Positions 1 to 10,228 of a DNA stretch of 64,000 nt are shown here, piece by piece. The position numbers were made by a program, and so were the translations under genes. Source of the DNA: Gemmatimonadota bacterium (lineage in GTDB: Bacteria; Gemmatimonadota; Gemmatimonadetes; Gemmatimonadales; GWC2-71-9); NCBI GenBank assembly GCA_036679645.1, contig JAZDCY010000014.1:192001-256000 (forward strand), given 5' to 3'. Below the pieces are notes generated by a model that was given only the letters and a program-made list of their open reading frames with translations, made no database searches and was not told the DNA's origin. The number at the start of each line of letters is the position of its first letter. The stretch's first letter is position 1.

Positions 1-676
1 TGGGGTCGAGGCCGCGTGTCACGGCGCGGTGGATGATGGCCCGTTTCTGCTCCTCCAGCAGCTCGATCAGCTCCCGCTTGGCGCGGATGTAGCGCCGGAT
101 TCGCCGGTCCACGTAATCGAGGAAGCGGACGATGGCGGTTTGTTCTGGGAGGGGTGGGACCGGAACCCACATGTACTTGAGTTGATCGCCGTAAATGTGC
201 ATCACGGTGATCCCACGCCCCATACAAGACTTTTGGAATGCAGCCTGCGGGCAGCCAGTTGCGTAGCCCATGAAACGCGCGTCGACGGGGATGGCAAAAC
301 GGAACAAGAGAACATCGCCCCCGCATCGTGCCCGCGACTTGATCAGGTTGACTGACGACTTGCCGATCTCCTCGATGGTCTCACCGGAGGCTGCGAAAAG
401 AAGGTCCCCGTACAGTATCGGTGTGTACTCAGACGCGCGTTCCGCAGTGATGCACGAGCGGCTTCGTTCGATGAAGAAGTTATGTCGTGTATACAGATCG
501 CCGTATCGGATGCAAGGAACGCCTTCGGGTACGTCGTCTTCCTTCGTGCCGCCATTGCCCTTCGAGAATCTCCCGATGCGTCCAAGTTGCCGCACGCCCC
601 AGTGCGCCGGCACCTCCCCAAAGCACGGCACGCCGGAATCCTTCATCCTGGGATAGGGATTGAGACGCGCGATCAT
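1..676 (-). CDS. hsdS: Type I restriction-modification specificity subunit, 5' part (runs off window)
   Basis: Own translation (absent from ORF track): MIARLNPYPRMKDSGVPCFGEVPAHW...VPPLPEQTAIVRFLDYVDRRIRRYIRAKRELIELLEEQKRAIIHRAVTRGLDP, typical HsdS conserved regions; ATG overlaps upstream TGA. Confidence 0.9.
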   Translation of the reverse strand, partial: MIARLNPYPRMKDSGVPCFGEVPAHWGVRQLGRIGRFSKGNGGTKEDDVPEGVPCIRYGDLYTRHNFFIERSRSCITAERASEYTPILYGDLLFAASGETIEEIGKSSVNLIKSRARCGGDVLLFRFAIPVDARFMGYATGCPQAAFQKSCMGRGITVMHIYGDQLKYMWVPVPPLPEQTAIVRFLDYVDRRIRRYIRAKRELIELLEEQKRAIIHRAVTRGLDP

Positions 677-1626
677 TGCGGATCCTGTTTGGGCGACGCA
701 TGCGTCGCCCGTACACCCTCGGTTGCCTGTACACGATCTGAGATTATCCGGTCCGGGTTGTCCGCGTCCTGCGCCCATCGAGCCGGGTTGTTCGCGATGT
801 ATTCGCGGATACGGTTCAACGATGACGCATCGCGGATGATGTGTTCGTAATAATTGCGTTGCCAAACAGGTGCACCTGGGGTACCGCGCAATTCGTTGAT
901 GCGTTTGGACACGACGGATTTGTACGAACCGACGATCGCGCCGATGGAACGTCGCGGCGGACCGGACGGACGTAACGGTAGGGGCGACGCATGCGTCGCC
1001 CCCATATGCGTCGCCCCCATGTCCGGCGGATCGGGCGGACGACGTGGATCGGACGGACGCGATGGTTCGGGCGACGGTGATACGGGCGACGCATGCGTCG
1101 CCCCAATTTGCGGCGGATCGGGCGAACGACGTGGATCGGACGGACGTGATGGTTCGGGCGACGGTGATACGGGCGACGCATGCGTCGCCCCAATTTGCGG
1201 CGGATCGGGCGAACGACGTGGATCGGACGGACGTGATGGTTCGGGCGACGGTCGTAGGGGCGACGCATGCGTCGCCCCTACATGCGTCGCCCCTACATGC
1301 GTCGCCCCTACGTGCGGGGGATCGGACGCCGTCGTCCCGACGGCATCGTTGGATGCGATGACGATGATGCCATGGATATGATTGGGCATTACGACAAACG
1401 CGTCCAATTCCACGTGCGGAAAATGCGCCGGGATTTCTTCCCATACCATGCGCGCCACACGCCCGGCCTCGTTCAATCGCACGATGTTGCCATCCACGTT
1501 GCCGAACAAACAATGGCGATCTTGCGCGACGATGGTGACGAAATACGCGCCGCGTTGGCGGTAATCATACCCCCGCAGACGAATGGATCGCCGGTGGTAG
1601 CGCTCCGGACCGTGACGCACCGTCAT
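673..1626 (-). mobile_element. REP-associated tyrosine transposase (Y1/HUH, RAYT-like) with internal repeat expansion
   Basis: RRSIRLRGYDY, AYFVTI, VVMPNHIHGI (HUH), WQRNYYEHIIR, YIANNP motifs. Confidence 0.88.
978..1311. repeat. REP-like palindromes (GTAGGGGCGACGCATGCGTCGCCCCTAC) in 87-bp and 15-bp tandem repeats inside the transposase CDS
   Basis: Core GGGCGACGCATGCGTCGCCC at 982, 1084, 1171, 1258 (also 691); perfect 28-bp palindrome 1254-1281. Confidence 0.9.
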
Positions 1627-3560
1627 ACATCAGATCCGATGATCTCGCCCAGCAATCCCTCGGTCTCCTGCTCCAGCGCAACGATATCGGCGCGGATCTC
1701 ATCAAGAGAGCGCAGCGGCTGCGGCTTGTAGAAGTGGCGGGTAAAGCTTATTTCGTAGCCAGTCTTGACGCTGTCCGGGACGTACCACGCATCGGGGGCG
1801 TGGGGCAACACCTCGCGGCGCAGAAAGGCCTCGATGCCACCTTCTTCGAGCAGCGGTACCTGCTCGGTGTCGCGCAGGTCGGGGTCGGGCTCGTACTCAA
1901 CCACGGCGGGCTTGCCGCCGATCGTGGCCGCGAAAAGGCCGCGCAACGGGTCAGGCTCTATCCCACGCCTGCAGATTCTCCTGATGACCGGCGGCGCGTC
2001 CTCCGCCCGCTCGGCGGTCTCCTTGAGGTCCTTGATCTCCCTGGCGGTGTAGACCCGTTCGGAGTCGATGCCTTTGAGCCGCAGCGGTCGCTCGACGGTC
2101 ACCTTCCAGTAGCCGAAGGCGGCGTTCGGGAAGATCTTGGACTGCTCGGTCTCCTCGAAAGCGAGGAAAGTGTCGCAGATGCGCTGGATGTCATCTCCCG
2201 ACAGCTCGCAGTTCTTTTTGCCGAGTTGCACGCGGCCGGCGCGGTTCTTCGGTTTCCGGTTGCTGAGCACCCAGATGTAAGTGGCGATCCCGGTGTTGTA
2301 GAACATGTTGAGCGGCAGCGCGACGATGGCCTCGAGCCAGTCGTTCTCGATGATCCAGCGCCGGATGTTGCTCTCGCCCTGTCCCGCGTCGCCAGTGAAG
2401 AGCGAGCTGCCGTTGTGGACCTCGGCAATCCGGCTGCCACGTTCCGTCCTCTGTTTCATCTTGGACAGCATGTTGACCAGGAACAGCATCTGGCCGTCGC
2501 TCGAGCGGGTGACGAGCGAATACTCCGGGTCATCTGCGTGATCGATGACGAACCGCGGGTCCTTGAGGCCCTTCTTGCCGCCCATGCGCTCCAGATCGCT
2601 TTTCCAGCTCTTGCCGTAGGGCGGATTGCTGAGCATGAAGTCGAATTCCATCGACGGGAATGCGTCGTTCGCCAACGTCGAATGCTCGGGCCCACCGATG
2701 ATGTGGTCTGCCTCGTCGCCCTCTCCCTTGAGAAGCAGGTCCGCCTTGCAGATGGCGTACGTCTCGGCGTTGATCTCCTGACCGTAGAGGTGCGTAGCCA
2801 CCTGCTTGTCACGGTTCTGGGCGAGTTGCTGCAGCGTCTCTTCCCCGACAGTCAGCATGCCACCGGTGCCGCAGGCTCCGTCGTAGAGCAGGTACGTGCC
2901 TGACTCGATCTCATCCGCGATGGGCAGAAAGATCAGTTTGGCCATGAGCCTCACGGCGTCGCGCGGCGTCCAGTGCTCCCCTGCCTCCTCGTTGTTCTCC
3001 TCGTTGAAGCGTCGCACCAGCTCCTCGAATACGGTGCCCACGCCGTGGTTGTCGAGGGCGGCGTGCTTGACCGAGCCGTCGCTGTTCATGACCGGATTCG
3101 GGCTCAGGTTGATATTCGGCGACAGGAACTTCTCGATCAGCGTCCCCAACGCGTCGGCCTTCGAGAGGCGCGGGATCTGATTGCGGAACTCGAAGTTCTC
3201 GAGAATATCCTGCACACTGGGGGAGAAGCCATCGAGGTACGCCTCGAAATCGGCCCTGAGCTGCTGTTGGCTGGCGCGGGCCTTGAGATCCCGCAGCGTG
3301 AACTTGGACGTGTTGTAGAAGGCCTGGCCTGCGGCAAGCCGGAGCGCCTTGTCCTGGTTGGTGATTCTTTCCTTGTCGAGCGAGGCCTTCATCTCTAGCA
3401 CCGCCTGCTTGGTCGGCTCGAGAACCGAATCGAGCCTGCGCAACACGGTCATCGGCAGGATTACATCTCGGTATTTGCCGCGGACGTAGAGGTCGCGCAG
3501 AACGTCGTCGGCGATGCCCCAGATGAAGTTCGCGATCCAGTTGAGTTGGGAAGGATCCAT
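1623..3560 (-). CDS. hsdM: Type I restriction-modification N6-adenine methyltransferase subunit
   Basis: NFIWGIADDVLRD N-terminus, GEHWTPR, DGACGTGGML (motif I), NPPYG (motif IV); start taken at MDPSQLNW. Confidence 0.95.
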   Translation of the reverse strand: MDPSQLNWIANFIWGIADDVLRDLYVRGKYRDVILPMTVLRRLDSVLEPTKQAVLEMKASLDKERITNQDKALRLAAGQAFYNTSKFTLRDLKARASQQQLRADFEAYLDGFSPSVQDILENFEFRNQIPRLSKADALGTLIEKFLSPNINLSPNPVMNSDGSVKHAALDNHGVGTVFEELVRRFNEENNEEAGEHWTPRDAVRLMAKLIFLPIADEIESGTYLLYDGACGTGGMLTVGEETLQQLAQNRDKQVATHLYGQEINAETYAICKADLLLKGEGDEADHIIGGPEHSTLANDAFPSMEFDFMLSNPPYGKSWKSDLERMGGKKGLKDPRFVIDHADDPEYSLVTRSSDGQMLFLVNMLSKMKQRTERGSRIAEVHNGSSLFTGDAGQGESNIRRWIIENDWLEAIVALPLNMFYNTGIATYIWVLSNRKPKNRAGRVQLGKKNCELSGDDIQRICDTFLAFEETEQSKIFPNAAFGYWKVTVERPLRLKGIDSERVYTAREIKDLKETAERAEDAPPVIRRICRRGIEPDPLRGLFAATIGGKPAVVEYEPDPDLRDTEQVPLLEEGGIEAFLRREVLPHAPDAWYVPDSVKTGYEISFTRHFYKPQPLRSLDEIRADIVALEQETEGLLGEIIGSDV

Positions 3561-3785
3561 GTCGATTTCTAATGAAAGGAACGTGGTCCCATAGAGCCGC
3601 ATCCGATGGTTGCCACGCCACTGGCACACAACGACCAAGGGCAAGGAACCCGTCCAGGATTACTCGCCCTCTATCTTGTTGCTGGGTACCAACTACCGCC
3701 AGTCGGGCCAGCCGGATTCGCAACACAGAGGCTCTCGTGATTTCTCAGCGCTCTCTGCGATCTCCGCGGTGAAGAATCATGGCCA

Positions 3786-3819
3786 AGAAAATGCCGGCGA
3801 TACGTTTCGTACCGCCGGC
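3786..3819 (-). terminator. Rho-independent terminator downstream of tRNA-Lys
   Basis: GCCGGCGGTACG-AAA-CGTATCGCCGGC stem followed by ATTTTCTT on minus strand. Confidence 0.65.
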
Positions 3820-3822
3820 CCA

Positions 3823-3895
<73 letters not shown>

Positions 3896-3924
3896 GCGAG
3901 GGACGAAAACTACCCACCCCGGCC

Positions 3925-4320
3925 TCACCCCTCAACCCGCCTCGTAAACACGTACTGCTTCCCCCGATCCGGCAGCCGCCTGAATCCCGACAGATGAAAG
4001 AGCTACACCGTGAACCACCGCGCAATCTTGGGATTCACGCAGAGACGCGTGGGACGAATCGGGTCACGCCGCACGCCCGGCAGATACGGCAACAACCGAT
4101 CCACCCGCAGCGTACGCATCACCGTCGAGACCGCGAGCCACGCCCGGTGAACGGGTCGCGCAATGAAGAATCCGTCTTCACCCTGTTCCTGATACAGCGG
4201 CATCAACAACAACCCCGACTCGGGCACGCGAACGGGACCGGAGGAATCGTCTGCAACCACCTCGCCACGCTCCACCGGCTGGAAGTTCCGGTATCCGGGA
4301 CTCCTCGACACCCAGGATGA
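3925..4320 (-). pseudogene. 3' remnant of succinylglutamate desuccinylase/aspartoacylase family gene
   Basis: PGYRNFQPV...[15 protein letters not shown]...ARWFTV*LFHLSGFRR; in-frame TAG at 4003-4005 and no N-terminal catalytic part. Confidence 0.55.
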
Positions 4321-4618
4321 GCGGAATAGGCGTCTCGATGGCGATGGCGCGGCTGCGCAGCGTGTCACTAATACAATGGAAAGGAGGACCGTCCCCGGAT
4401 GTCGAATGAAGGTCGAGGAAAACGAGGTCGTTCCTGCCGCGCGCAGCCGCTCCACCCGCTCGAGACCGTTGCCCCGCACGATGGGAAGAGACGGGTTGGA
4501 CCGCCTCCCCCACCCCTCTATCTTCCGTCGGCCATTCGGACCCGTACGGCCCGCAGCGGTGTATGTTCTCCCGCGACGTGCCCGACGACGGCAACACGAC
4601 GTCGGCGTCGGCAGAACG

Positions 4619-6823
4619 ATGCCGGGCGACCTGCGTCAACGTGGGGAGCAGAAGATTCCAACCGAGGCGTACAAACTGCGTCGACTCATATCGCTCGGCA
4701 CTCTTGTCTTAGGCGTCGCCCCGTTCGCAGACGATCTCGCGGCGCAGGGACCCGACTCTTTGCCTCGGGATACGGTGGACCTCCCCGAGGTCGTCATCAC
4801 GGCCACCCGCGGCGAACGCACGGAGCGCGCGGCGACCCCGATCGCGATATCGATCAGCTCGCCGCGTACGGCGGATCGCGGTGCGAGTCGCGTCACCGCC
4901 GATCTCTTTCGCGACATCACCGGCGTGTACGTGCAGCAGACGTCCGCCGGTCAGGGTGCGGTGATCCTGCGCGGGTTCATCGGCAACCAGGTCCTCCTCC
5001 TGGTCAACGGCATCCCCATGAACAACGGGACCTACCGCGACGGTCCCGGCCAGTACCTTGCGACGATCGATCCGGACGCCGTCGAGCGGATCGAGGTGAT
5101 TCGCGGCCCGGCCTCGGTGCTGTACGGGTCCGATGCGCAGGGCGGTGTAGTGAACGTGATCACGCGGCCGCACACGGCCGCTGCCGGGTGGACCGTGCGC
5201 GGAACGGTCCAGGCGTCCAGCGCGAACAGCGGCGGGCGGGCGCGGATGTCGCTCGGGTACGGTAGCGATCGCGTCAGCTTTGGGCTCGGCGGATCGCTGT
5301 TGCACGCCGGCGACCTGCGCGCCGGAGGAGACGTGGGCGCGCAGCGACCGACGGGCTTCACGGGCGAGGGAATCGACGGCCGCCTCACGTACAGGCCCAC
5401 CGGCGCCCACACGCTGACCGTGGGTCTCGAGCACTTTGGCCTGCGCGACGTCCCGCGGTACGACCGGTACGTCGATTTTCGGGCCCCAGCTTTGGGGCGT
5501 GACGCGGAGCACGTGTTCGATCCGCAAATCCGCCAGCTCGCGTTTGCCCGACATCGCTTCCGCGCCCAAACCAGCGCGCTGTGGACCCTGCAGACGACCG
5601 CCAGCCTCGCGATCCAGCGCGAGGGCCGAACGCGACAGCGGCTGGACGGAAACGGAAACCCACGATCGACCATCGAACGCACGCGTGACGATGTCTACAC
5701 TCCCGGGCTCAGTGTGGTGGGAACCAGTCTGCCACATGTGGGGGCGCGCGCCGTGATGCTCACCTGGGGCGCGGAAGCGTACCGCGACTATCTCAGCAGT
5801 CACGGCGACTTGACCTCGCTCACGCAGGGCAGCACGACGCCGCTCACGCGCGATACCCCGGACGGCCCCATCGCCACCGGCCGTTTCCCGGACGGCGCCC
5901 GCATGGACCGCTTGGGCGTATTCCTGGCAGCCGAGTCGCAGGTGATACCCCGCCTCATCGTGTCGGCGGGGGCCCGGTGGAGCCGGTTCGACTCGGAGGC
6001 GAACGTGGGGTCGTTGTTCGGCGGTGCCGTGGAGAACAGCTCGTCCGCCCTGACCGGTCAACTCGGGGTGGTCATAACACTCCCGCGCGACATGCGGCTC
6101 GCGTTCCGCGTGGCCCAGGGATTCCGCGCACCCAACCTGTACGACCTGACCAATGTCGGCTCGGTTCCCGGTGGGATCGTGGTGCCCAATCCCGACGCCA
6201 CTTCGGAAGAATCGGTCAGCTATGAGGCGAGCGTTCGGTGGGCAGACGAGATGACGACGTTTGAGGTCACGGGCTATCGCACCGATGTAGATGGATTCAT
6301 CGACCGCGCCTTCGGGACATTCAACGGCGACACGCTCTTCAACGGGGAACGGGTCTTCCAGGGACTGAACATCGCCACGGCCCGACTCACCGGCGTGGAG
6401 GGAGAAGCGGTCCACTCGTTCGGCATCGTGGCGGTGCGACTAACGCTCCTGCTCACGCACGGTGAACAGACCCTGGCCGACGGTACCGAGGGGCCGATGG
6501 CGAAGATACCGCCGCTGCGCGGCCTGGCGAGCTTCCGGTGGCAACCCGCCGACCCGCGTTTCTGGGTGGCGTACGATTTTGACTGGGCCGCACGTCAGGG
6601 CCGCCTCGCCCAGCGCGATGTCGTCGATCCGCGCATCCCGTCGGGTGGCACGCCGGGATACATCGTGCACAGCATCACCGCGAACGCCGCGCTGACCCCA
6701 TCGTTCACTGCCACCCTCGGCATCGAGAACATCACCGACAAGCTCTATCGGCAGCACGCAAGCGGTGTCGACGCCCCCGGGCGACATCTGTGGGTTGGTG
6801 TGACGCTGTTCGACGGGCTCTGA
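4619..6823 (+). CDS. TonB-dependent outer membrane receptor (start uncertain, may be near 4676)
   Basis: Signal peptide, EVVITATR TonB box, plug motif [45 protein letters not shown]. Confidence 0.92.
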   Translation: MPGDLRQRGEQKIPTEAYKLRRLISLGTLVLGVAPFADDLAAQGPDSLPRDTVDLPEVVITATRGERTERAATPIAISISSPRTADRGASRVTADLFRDITGVYVQQTSAGQGAVILRGFIGNQVLLLVNGIPMNNGTYRDGPGQYLATIDPDAVERIEVIRGPASVLYGSDAQGGVVNVITRPHTAAAGWTVRGTVQASSANSGGRARMSLGYGSDRVSFGLGGSLLHAGDLRAGGDVGAQRPTGFTGEGIDGRLTYRPTGAHTLTVGLEHFGLRDVPRYDRYVDFRAPALGRDAEHVFDPQIRQLAFARHRFRAQTSALWTLQTTASLAIQREGRTRQRLDGNGNPRSTIERTRDDVYTPGLSVVGTSLPHVGARAVMLTWGAEAYRDYLSSHGDLTSLTQGSTTPLTRDTPDGPIATGRFPDGARMDRLGVFLAAESQVIPRLIVSAGARWSRFDSEANVGSLFGGAVENSSSALTGQLGVVITLPRDMRLAFRVAQGFRAPNLYDLTNVGSVPGGIVVPNPDATSEESVSYEASVRWADEMTTFEVTGYRTDVDGFIDRAFGTFNGDTLFNGERVFQGLNIATARLTGVEGEAVHSFGIVAVRLTLLLTHGEQTLADGTEGPMAKIPPLRGLASFRWQPADPRFWVAYDFDWAARQGRLAQRDVVDPRIPSGGTPGYIVHSITANAALTPSFTATLGIENITDKLYRQHASGVDAPGRHLWVGVTLFDGL

Positions 6824-6895
6824 CGGCGGACGAGACCCCTCCACCCCCCGGCTTGCCTGCCATTCCGGGGCTGGCGATATTCTCTGGTCGTTTCC

Positions 6896-6967
6896 GGCGG
6901 TATCGTCTAGGGGTGAGGACGCGGCCCTCTCAAGGCCGAAACACGGGTTCGAATCCCGTTACCGCTA
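6896..6967 (+). tRNA. tRNA-Glu(CTC)
   Basis: GGCGGTA/TACCGCT acceptor stem, anticodon loop CTCTCAA, GGTTCGAATCC T arm. Confidence 0.93.
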
Positions 6968-6980
6968 TCGCCAATCCTCC

Positions 6981-7052
6981 GCCCCCATCGTCTAACGGCT
7001 AGGACACCACTCTTTCAAGGTGGTAACAGGGGTTCGATTCCCCTTGGGGGCA
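6981..7052 (+). tRNA. tRNA-Glu(TTC)
   Basis: GCCCCCA/TGGGGGC acceptor stem, loop CTTTCAA, GGTTCGATTCC T arm. Confidence 0.95.
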
Positions 7053-7060
7053 TCGGCCGG

Positions 7061-10000
7061 CTACCAGCCCCGGCCTGACCGAACGAGTGCTTCCGCGTCC
7101 TGCGGCTCCATTGGCCCGGAGAACAGGAACCCCTGCACGTGTTCGCATTCGAGCGTCTGGAGGAACGCACGCTGCTCCTCCGTCTCCACCCCCTCCGCCA
7201 CGACCGCCATGCCCAGGTTGCGCGCCAGCGTCACGATCGTCCTGACGATCTCGGTGTTCTCTTTATCGATGCCCACGCGACCGACGAACGACTGGTCGAT
7301 CTTGAGCGCGTCCAGACTGAACCGGTGTAAGTAGCCGAGCGAAGAGTATCCGGTCCCGAAATCGTCGACCTGCACCTGGATGCCGGACGCCTTGAGTTCA
7401 TCGAGCAGGCGTACGCTGGCCTCCGCTTTATCCATGAGGACGCTCTCGGTGATCTCGAGTTTCAGGGACGAGGCCGGGAGACCCGTTACCGCCAGCGCAT
7501 CGGCCACGCTCTCGACGAGTCCGGTCTCGCCAAACTGCTTGGGCGACAGATTGACCGAGATCAGGAGCGGCGGATCGCCGTTCCGCGGGATGTCCATCCA
7601 GCGAGTAGCCTGGCGGCACGCCTCCCACAGCGCCCACTGACCAATCTTGACGATCAGGCCGGTCTCTTCGGCGAGTTGAATGAATTCGGTTGGGGGAACG
7701 CAGCCCCGTTCGGGGTGCTCCCACCGCAGCAACGCCTCGAAACCCGCGAGTCGTCCCGTTGCGAGCGTGATGATTGGTTGATAGACGAGCCTGAATTCGT
7801 TTCGGTCGAGCGCGTGCCGCAGGTCCGTCTCCGTCTTGAGCAGCGACATTGCCCGCTCGTGCATGTCTGCATTGAAGATCTCGTGCTCGGCTGTCCCGTG
7901 CGACTTGGCGCGGTACATCGCCGTGTCGGCGTCGCGCAGCACCTCTTCCGGCCGGCGGTACCCGTCGTTCGAGAGCGTAATCCCAATGGAGACCGACGTG
8001 AAAACCTCGTGCCCGCCCAGCGAGAACACCGCCATCAGTTCCGATTGAATGCGGTCGGCAATGGCGATCGCGTCGTCCTCATCGACGATGTCGTCCAACA
8101 GCACGGTGAACTCGTCTCCGCCCAATCGCGCCACCGTATCGCCCGGTCTGAGAGAGGCAGACAACCGGTGGGCGACCTCGATCAATAGCTGGTCGCCCAG
8201 CATGTGCCCCAGGCTGTCGTTGATGACCTTGAAGCGGTCCATGTCGAGAAACAGCACGGCAAACTGATAGTCCTTGCGCCGCTTGAGACGCGCGAGCGAC
8301 CGCTCGAGCAGGTTGGTGAAGAGCGCGCGATTGGGAAGACCGGTCAGGGCGTCGTGAAACGCATCGTGGATCAACCGCTCTTCGGCGAGCTTACGGTCGG
8401 AGATGTCGGTCTGCGACCCGGCAATCCGGGTGGCGATGCCGGCGCCATCCCGCTCCACGACCCCGCGGCACAGCACCCACCGGTACGATCTGTCCGCGTG
8501 CAGGATGCGATGCTCGTTCTCGAAGTGCGGTGCCCGACCCGTGACGTGAGCATCGATATCGGTCCGTAGCCGATCGACATCCTCGGGATGCACGATAGAG
8601 AACCAGTCCTCGCTGCGGTCGCCGATCTCCTGCTCGCCCCGCCCGAGCTGGGCACGCCAGCGGGGCGAATAGTAGACGCGGTCGGTCTCGAGGTTCCAAT
8701 CCCAGAGCCCGTCGTTTGCGCCGCGGGCCGCCAAGGCGTAGCGCTCTTCGCTCTCCCGCAGCGCCTGCTCGGTCGCCCGGCGATCGGTCACGTCGCGAAC
8801 CATCCCGCGGAAACCGATGGTGAGGCCCGCCTCGTCGCGCACCGGGCTGACGGACGCCTCGACCTGACGAAGCGTGCCGTCACCGCCAGTCACTTCCCAA
8901 TCGAAGATGCGCGCCGATGCACCCGTCTCATACACGTCGTGGAACGTGGCGAACACACGCCGCGCATTGATCGCGTCCGTGTACTCGCGATAGTGCAATC
9001 CCCGCAACTCCCCGGCGGGGTACGCGAGAATCCGCTGCAGGGCGCTGTTGAACGAGATCAGTACGCCGGCAGCGTCAACCTCGTAGTAGCCGTCCTCGAT
9101 CGTCTCGAGAATGGAACGGTATTGCTCTTCGCTACGTTGTAGAGCGAACTGCGCGCGCTTGCGGTCTGTGATGTCGTTGGTGAGGGCCAGGAGACAGCGC
9201 TCGCCACCCCGCTCGATCACGTCCGCGGAGAAGAGCCCCGAGCGCTCTTCGCCGCTCTTTGTGCGGAACGTGTACTCGAAGTCGCGCACCATGCCACAGC
9301 ACTCCAGCAGGTCACACACGCGCTCCCGCTCGGCCGGATTGGCCCACAGCCCGATCTCCAGAGTCGTCCGCCCGATGACGGCCTCACGCTCGTGTCCGGT
9401 GATCTCGACGAACGCGTCGTTCACCTCGATGATCCGTCCGGTTTCGAGCGCGCTGATGGTGGCGGGCCCGGGCGTGGACCGGAACGCGGTGGAGAATTTC
9501 TCTTCCGAGGCCTGAAGCGCCCGAAGCGTGTCGTTCCGCTCGGTGACATCGCGGTAGATGGCGTACACCGCGATCTGGCCGCCCTCGTAGTGGATGGGCG
9601 TTCCCAGCACCGAGACCTGGACGAGCGACCCGTCCTTGCACCGCCGGGCCGTCTCGAAGCTGACATGGTCTCCGCTGGCAACCCGGCGCGTAGCGTCCTG
9701 CGCCTCGGCCCGAAGACCTTTGGGCGCCAGCAGATCGTCCAGCGCCTGCCCCACCGCCTCCGTCTGGCTGTACCCGAACAACTCCGTGAACGCCCGGTTG
9801 ACCCGCATGACGCGACTGTCGTTGTCCGCGAGCACAACCGCCTCGGGCGTGCTCTCGAAGAGCTGATCGAGAAGCGCCCGATCCGCCCCGGCGGCATGGG
9901 CCCGCACACGTGCCGGCACAGGTGCCTCCGGAAGCACCGGTTCCCGCCGGCGGTGGGAGAGCGCCCAGCGGGCTGCCGTGGCCACTGCGGCGAACGACGC

Positions 10001-10081
10001 GACCGGGAAAGTCACGGTGACCGTCCCGGCGCGGGGAACTGCAGATTTCCGCCACTGAAGGCGCGCATGCGCCAACTCCAT
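7061..10081 (-). CDS. Multi-PAS diguanylate cyclase/phosphodiesterase (4x PAS, GGDEF, EAL); true start probably ~150 nt downstream
   Basis: Four PAS/PAC repeats, HDALTGLPNR, GGDEF, FEALLRW, DDFGTGYSSL. Confidence 0.95.
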   Translation of the reverse strand: MELAHARLQWRKSAVPRAGTVTVTFPVASFAAVATAARWALSHRRREPVLPEAPVPARVRAHAAGADRALLDQLFESTPEAVVLADNDSRVMRVNRAFTELFGYSQTEAVGQALDDLLAPKGLRAEAQDATRRVASGDHVSFETARRCKDGSLVQVSVLGTPIHYEGGQIAVYAIYRDVTERNDTLRALQASEEKFSTAFRSTPGPATISALETGRIIEVNDAFVEITGHEREAVIGRTTLEIGLWANPAERERVCDLLECCGMVRDFEYTFRTKSGEERSGLFSADVIERGGERCLLALTNDITDRKRAQFALQRSEEQYRSILETIEDGYYEVDAAGVLISFNSALQRILAYPAGELRGLHYREYTDAINARRVFATFHDVYETGASARIFDWEVTGGDGTLRQVEASVSPVRDEAGLTIGFRGMVRDVTDRRATEQALRESEERYALAARGANDGLWDWNLETDRVYYSPRWRAQLGRGEQEIGDRSEDWFSIVHPEDVDRLRTDIDAHVTGRAPHFENEHRILHADRSYRWVLCRGVVERDGAGIATRIAGSQTDISDRKLAEERLIHDAFHDALTGLPNRALFTNLLERSLARLKRRKDYQFAVLFLDMDRFKVINDSLGHMLGDQLLIEVAHRLSASLRPGDTVARLGGDEFTVLLDDIVDEDDAIAIADRIQSELMAVFSLGGHEVFTSVSIGITLSNDGYRRPEEVLRDADTAMYRAKSHGTAEHEIFNADMHERAMSLLKTETDLRHALDRNEFRLVYQPIITLATGRLAGFEALLRWEHPERGCVPPTEFIQLAEETGLIVKIGQWALWEACRQATRWMDIPRNGDPPLLISVNLSPKQFGETGLVESVADALAVTGLPASSLKLEITESVLMDKAEASVRLLDELKASGIQVQVDDFGTGYSSLGYLHRFSLDALKIDQSFVGRVGIDKENTEIVRTIVTLARNLGMAVVAEGVETEEQRAFLQTLECEHVQGFLFSGPMEPQDAEALVRSGRGW

Positions 10082-10228
10082 AACTCGTTGTAAAATAGTG
10101 ACTTACGTGCCTCATCCGTTTGGAGGAGGCACGCTGGCTCACAGACCCTCTTGAGTTTGCGACAAACCCGGCTTCGCTGCTGTGCGGTGCCGCACACCGG
10201 CCAAAACGGCGCCTGACCATGTTCGAGC

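Noticed and set aside
978..1311. CRISPR array
   Set aside because: Sequences between palindromes are near-identical tandem copies, in frame within a CDS; no cas genes
4003..4005. Pyrrolysine/amber readthrough at in-frame TAG
   Set aside because: Gene also lacks its 5' half; a simple nonsense change in a remnant is more likely
4320..4675. Cobalamin riboswitch upstream of TonB receptor
   Set aside because: No recognisable B12-box or conserved core
4709..6415. Long antisense ORFs (also 1734-2903, 21519-22733, 55388-56422, 57259-58293 and others)
   Set aside because: Shadow frames of real genes in GC-rich DNA; no family motifs
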